A stretch of DNA of 64,000 bases from Octopus bimaculoides (lineage: Eukaryota). The notes beneath the pieces were generated by a model, which saw only the letters and a program-made list of their open reading frames with translations, did no database searches and had not been told where the DNA came from. Positions 54,440 to 61,500 of this stretch are shown here, piece by piece. The translations under genes were made by a program, and so were the position numbers. The DNA lies in NCBI RefSeq assembly GCF_001194135.2, contig NC_069002.1, forward strand, positions 15,300,978-15,364,977, written 5' to 3'. Position 1 is the first letter of the stretch. The number at the start of each line of letters is the position of its first letter.

Positions 54440-57400
54440 CATATACACATACATGTTATGTGTGCGAAGGTGCATGGCTTAGTGATTAGGGCATTCAGTT
54501 CACAATCATAAGGTCATGAGTTCAATTCCCATTGATGTGTTGTGTCCTTGAGCAAGACACTTTATTTCATGTTACTCCAGTCTACTCATCTGGCAAAAAT
54601 GAGTTGTACCTGTATTTCAAAGGGCCATCCTTATCACATTCTTTGTCCCAATTAATTTCCCTGTAAACTACGTTAAGAGTGTGCATGTCTAGACTGCTTA
54701 GTCATTTGCACATTGATTTAACGAGCAGGCTGTTTTTTGATTAGCTCATTTGAAACACTTGTCATCAAAACCACTGGAGTGCCGTCTATTGTGTGTATAT
54801 CTATATATGTGAGTATGAAGCATGTACAAGTGTGTCTGTCTATATATGAATCTTATATATATATATATATAAGTGCATATATATGCACATATGTTTGTGT
54901 GAATGTATATTTGTATGTATGAATATACATATGCATGACTATGTATTTATTCATGAATAAACTTATGTATTTATTCATGTTTATTCCTACGTATTTATTC
55001 ATGCAATTGGTGGTATCTATATTTCTGTATCATGGGTGAACGATTACAAATTTGTAGCATGAATTGCTAAATTTGTAAATGGCATTGCACTTGACAGCAG
55101 TAATTTGACTTTTGCCTAAACCAATACATCATCACACTACACACACACTATTACCCCACACTATACTATGTTCTAACATCAATATTACACCATACTATAC
55201 CTTACTGGAGGTGCAATGGCCTAGTGGTTAGGGCAGCGGACTCGCAGTCATAGGATCTCGGTTTCGATTCCCAGATCGGGGATTGCGAGGGTTTATTGAG
55301 CGACAACACCTAAAGCTCCATGAGGCTCCGGCAGGGGATGGTGGCGAACCCTGCTGTACTCTTCCACCACAACTTTCTCTCACTCTTACTTCCTGTTTCT
55401 GTTGTGCCTGTAATTCAAAAGGTCAGCCTTGTCACACTGTGTCACGCTGAATATCCCCGAGAACTACGTAAAGGGTACATGTGTCTGTGGAGTGCTCAGC
55501 CACTTGCACGTTAATTTCACGAGCAGGCTGTTCCGTTGATCGGATCAACTGGAACCCTCGACGTCGTAAGCGACGGAGTGCCAACAACAACAATACCTTA
55601 CTATATTCTACTGTACTATATTATACCACATTCTACTATAGCACAATACATATTGAATGCATATGTATATATAAATATGTATTTATGTATGTATGTATGC
55701 ATATTTACCCATGTCTCTTGGTCTTTGTATCTGTACCACAAATATATTTTCATGCAAAAACTTTACTAAAATGAGATTTGCAAACTTAATATGGAATTAT
55801 AAAACATCTTGATGAAACTTGAAGTTTGGGTGATAGTGGTGAGTAATGTTAACATTGATCATGGTTACTTCCTGGTTCAATAGCTGCAATACAATCTGTT
55901 GTTGCCCACCAGAAACTCTGAAACTTACTCAACACCAGTTGTTCTTTATTAACAGGTCTACTGGTGATTCATTAGCCTAATATTAACCCTGATCTGATAA
56001 GATCAATGAAGTCCTACATTTAACAGATCATTTTCTTAGCGAGATCGTTGCCAGTGCCGCCGAACTGGCTCCTGTGCAGGTAGCACGTAAAATACACCAT
56101 TTTGAGCGTGGCTGTTGCCAGTACCGCTTGACTGGCCTTCGTGCTGGTGGCTCATAAAAGCACCCACTACACTCTCGGAGTGGTTGGCGTTAGGAAGGGC
56201 ATCCAGCTGTAGAAACTCTGCCAAATCAGATTGGAGCCTGGTGTAGCCATCTGGTTTCACCAGTCCTCAGTCAAATCGTCCAACCCATACTAGCATGGAA
56301 AGCGGACGTTAAATGACGATGATGATGATGATCAAACCAGGAATATATGATGAGTAGTTTCTTTGTTTTAAGACATTAAAATGTAACTTGACAGTGGTTT
56401 GGTTGCAATTTCTTGTAGGTCAAACAATAGCTCACTTGTAGTTCTGTTTATCAAACAACACAAACACTCAACCATCAAAATTAACACCAGCAACAAGGAA
56501 CACCTCTACATGGTTGCTTGAGCTGTTAGAAAAAGCAGACAAATCTTCCTCATATTGTAACTTAGAGTCCTTGAGCATTTGTATATCTTTTAAAACCTTG
56601 AGCATTTGTATATCTTTTAAAACTATGCCTCTTCAAGATACAAGCTGGGATAAGGTGTTTCTGGAAGATCATCAGTTGTCCATACACGTAGGTCTGTCTT
56701 CTTTATACAAACAACATTGTTCAGGAAAATGGCAAGGACTAACACAGCTTGACATTGTTGCGAGTAATGCCCATCAGAACACAAAGAGCTGGAATAGTTA
56801 CTGGAAGGCATTAACAACCGCCATCATGTCTAACATTCTAATAATTTCTCTAAGCACTACATTTGTATTTTATTGACCCCAAAAGAACAGAAAGAAAAGT
56901 TAACCATTGTGGAATTTGAACTCAGAGCACTGAAAGCTAAAACAAGTACTGCCAAGCCATTCTACAAAACACGCTAACAACTTGGCCGTTTGTCTGCTTT
57001 CTTAGAGATATCAATTAATCATGGCTGACTTGAATACATTTCATCATAGCTTTGCCTCATTCAGCACTCACCTCTGGCAAACAGCACCTTGTGCGTGTGT
57101 GTGTGTGTAAATATGAAAGTATGTAGGCAAAGTAGAGAGAGGTGTATGGGGTATAAAGGCGTGAGTAGTGTTGTTTTCTTTTCATCTTGTTATTTTCTTC
57201 TGTCATTCTTCTCTGGAATTTAAAGATTATGCTTCAGCAGGCGCAAAACCACTCACCTGAAATAATCGTCTGCATAAGTTGAATATCTGAAGGCGTGTGT
57301 TAGTGAATACATTAACTACTACTACTACTACACTTCAAATGATAATAATAATGATGATGGACTCTGCTGTTGAAGACGATGTGTAAGGGTTCAGCTCTTT

Positions 57401-58477
57401 TGATGAATGACGTGCACAAATGATTTGTTTTACAGTGATCAAAAGTATACGCTGTACATGAACACACTCCTTCCATCAAATCAATATTGTCTAAACAGGT
57501 ACACCCTGTATCACATATCAGGTGTCAAAATGACTGCAGAGTAACGTGAAAGGAAGTGCTTTGTTTAAGAACACTATGCACCAATCAGTCTGGTAAGTGA
57601 AACCATGATCTTGCAAATCATGAGTGCCACACCCTAACCACTAAGCCATGTTGTTGTTGTTGGCACTCCGTCGCTTACGACGTCGAGGGTTCCAGTTGAT
57701 CCAATCAACGGAAGAGCCTGCTCGTGAAATTAACGTGCAAGTGGCTGAGCACTCCACAGACATGTGTACCCTTAACGTAGTTCTCGGGGATATTCAGTGT
57801 GACAAGGCTGACCCTTTGAATTACAGGCACAACAGAAACAGGAAGTAAGAGTGAGAGAAAGTTGTGGTGAAAGAGTACAGCAGGGTTCGCCACCATCCCC
57901 TGCCAGAGCCTCGTGGAGCTTTAGGTGTTTTCGCTCAATAAACACACACAACGCCCGGTCTGGGAATCGAAACCGTGATCCTATGACCGCGAGTCCGCTG
58001 CCCTAACCACTGGGCCATTGCGCCTCCACAACCACTAAGCCATAATAATAATAGTAATCCTTTCTACTATACAAGGTCTGAAATTTTGTGGGCGGGGACT
58101 AGTCAATTACATTAACCCCAGTTTCACTGGTACTTAATTTATCGACCCTGAAAGTCGACTTTGGTAGAATTTGAACTCAGAACATAAAGATGGATGAAAT
58201 GCTGCAAAGCATTTTGCTTGGCATGTTAGTGATTCTGCCAGCTCACTGCCTTACATAATAATCTTTTCTACTATAGGCATAGGGCCTGAAATTTTGGGAG
58301 ATAGGGCTAGTCAATTACATTAATCCAGTGTTTCACTGGTACTTAATTTATTGACCCTGGAAGGATGAAAGGCAAAGTCAACCTCGGCAGAATTTGAACG
58401 CCAAACATAAAGACGGATGAAACGCCACTAAGCATTTTGCCAAGTATGCTAGTGATTCTGCCAGCTCATCACCTTAC

Positions 58478-58516
<39 letters not shown>

Positions 58517-61500
58517 GTAAAAATAATAATAATCCTTTCTACTATAGGCACAAGGCCTAAAATTTTGAAGGAGGAGATAGTTAATTACATTGACCTCAGT
58601 ATTTGACTGGTACTTAATTTATCAATTCTGAAAGGTTGAAAGGCAAAGTTGACCTCAGCGGAATTTGAATACAGGATGTAAAGACATATGAAATATTGCA
58701 AAATGGTTCGCCCAGTGTGCTAATAATTCTGCAACCTTGCTGCCTTAATAATAATAATAATAATAAAAATAAAAATAATAATAATAATAATAATAATAAT
58801 AATTCCGTTTATATATTTGTTTTGCAAGATTTTTGATGTGAAATCGTGTGTTGAAACAGATGTTGTTGTACTTGAGGATGGTCATATTGCCAGTTTAGCC
58901 AATAAAAACACATGCACTGTAGGGTTAATGTAATGTAATGTAATATAAAGCTGAAGCAAATTAACACCAAATATACAGTGCGTGTGTTTTTATTGGCTAA
59001 ACTGGCAATATGACCATCCCCAAGTACAACAACAACAACAATAATAATAATAATAGTAATAATACTTTCTACGATAGGCACAAAGCCAGAAGCTTTGTAA
59101 GGAAGGGACTCATCAATTATGTCAGCCCCAGTGCTCAACTAGTATTTATTTCATCAAACCTGAAAGGACAAAAGGTAAAGTCAACTTCAGAAGAATTTGA
59201 ACTCAGAACATTCAGACGAATAAAGAGCCACTAACCATTCTGTTGGGTGTGTTAAGGAATCTACCATCTTGTCATAATAATATCGTGATTACAAGGCCTG
59301 AAATTTTAGGGACAACGGGGTAATCAATAATAATGATGATGATGATGATGATTTCTTTTATTGGCCCTAGGGGCATAGATGAGGGGAGACTTCATAAGGA
59401 CAGCTAACAATCTGTGTAGGGATTTATATAAAAGATGAGGAGAAAGAAATAGGAAAGACAATGAAATAAGATAAAAATATATGTAGTATACCAACTATGT
59501 GGACATATATATGATGTAGTCCTTCTGATATAGAAGAAACTCCAACTAGGTTCAGTTAAGGAACCCTGCAGATCCAATATTATCTTGACCATCAAAGTAT
59601 GAGCACCCTCCCAACTGTTGCTCTCCAATCTATAGGCACATGCTTTAAGTAGGGCTTTTCATTCTAACCCTTTTTGTCACAGTCACCCATCTTTTCACAG
59701 ATTCACTGAGAAATAACACTTCCCTCTCCACAGCCACTTTCCAGATAAGGAAATTGAAGACCACAAATTCAGTCATGTTAGATGTTGATAGAGTTATAAA
59801 AGTACTTGAGAAAGAACAAACCTACAAATATCCAGGAATGAATGAAGGCCCTGGCATTCACCATGCAAGCATGAAAGAAAAGATCAGGAATTTGATCTTT
59901 TACAGTAGAATTTGGGCAGTCCTGATATCAGAGATAAATGCACATAACAAGGTATTAGCTATAAATTCCTTAGCAGTTCCTGTTGTTCTTTATAGCTTCA
60001 ATATATTGAACTAGAATATCAGTGACATAAAGAAAATTTGAAGCTGCTGACTTGCCATAAGATGGATCACCGAAAGACAGACACAGATCGTCTTTACCTT
60101 CCCAGAGCTCAAAGAAGTCAAGACTTGATCCAGTTTGAAATCGCTTACAAAAACACCACAATTGGACGAGCCAAATATCTTGAAACAGTTAACAACTGGA
60201 TGCCAAAACATGTTGAAAGTCATGAGAGGTGTAAAAAGCTTCCTTCTGTCACGAAGGAGAGGAACAAATTTTCTATTGAGTTCTTGCTTGATACCCAGGC
60301 TGAAACAACCTGAGGGAGTGCAGCAACTATTTTTCCAAAGAAGGTGAAATCAATGGCATGGAAAAAAGCACATGAACGATTGGCAGAGAAGTGGGAGCAG
60401 AAATCTCTGCATGGCAAACAAGCTGATGTTGACCAGAAGCACACTCATCAGTTGCTACAGAGCTCAGAGCTAAAGGCAAAGAGTGGAGGCTTCATCTTAG
60501 TTGCTGAAGATCAAAGCTTATTGACCTGGAACTACCAAACCAGCATGAAGAAAACTGGTGTAGACCCAAAGTGCTGATTTTACTCAAATGTGATTGAAAC
60601 AGTGGACCATCTAATCTCTGGGCCATATCCCCAACATATTCTAGGCCATATCTCCAACAATTCACCTTCTTTGTCCTTGTCACCTCTGGAGACATAGGTG
60701 TATTGTTCATCATCCTTAAACAAACCTTATTTGGGGATCTTTTGCAATGGGATGGGCTACTTGACCTGAATAAAATTCTAATGGCCCCACCTGCAAGGTC
60801 ATGTGCTGTATATCTTGATATGAAATCAACATGTTGCACACATGGTTGTGATGCATGTGCCTGATGTACCCTTATCAGATGGGTAGTAAGTACCTGTCTG
60901 GTACTTTATTTTATCGATCCAGAAAGGATTAAAGGCCTTAACATGAATCTCTGGGCAAGCTATAATGTTTTGTCCTGGGACTCACCTCGAGGGTGCACAG
61001 TTACTTATAGCCAAAGCAGTTGTAAGCCAATAAAGTGTGATTATGTCACTATTGTACTTTTGTCTTTCATTTGTTAATATATTTTATTAGTTGATACACA
61101 CATCTCTTGCCTTCTCGCATCGTCAGTCTTACAAAGTATAATATTTGACCTGCTGTCATCCTCCTTATCATCACCAACACCACCAACACCACCACAACAA
61201 TAACAACAACAACAACAACAGAAACAGCAACAACAACAACAACAACAACAGCATCAGCAGCTGCTTTTTATATTTGTAGGAAAACTTGTATTTCACCTAG
61301 TATAAACTTACCAAAAACTGCTACTGATGTTTTTGCTGATGGTGATAACGATCCAGACACATTAAGATCATCAGTGAAATAATGTCTGACTACTAGACCT
61401 GAACATTCAGAGTGTTTCATTAGAATTTCTTTGTTAGGGTTGGCTATTCATATCATTACAGGGATTGCTGTAACATTACAAGAATGTCAACTTACTAAAA

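Noticed and set aside
55790-55990. Short minus-strand frame [36 protein letters not shown]
   Set aside because: No convincing acceptor, no compatible phase, no recognisable motif.
61312-61398. 87-nt AG...GTAAGT candidate exon ([29 protein letters not shown] in phase 1)
   Set aside because: The host intron is phase 0, where it reads GTC TAG (stop), and the pyrimidine tract is poor. It could only be a poison exon, and there is no evidence for that.
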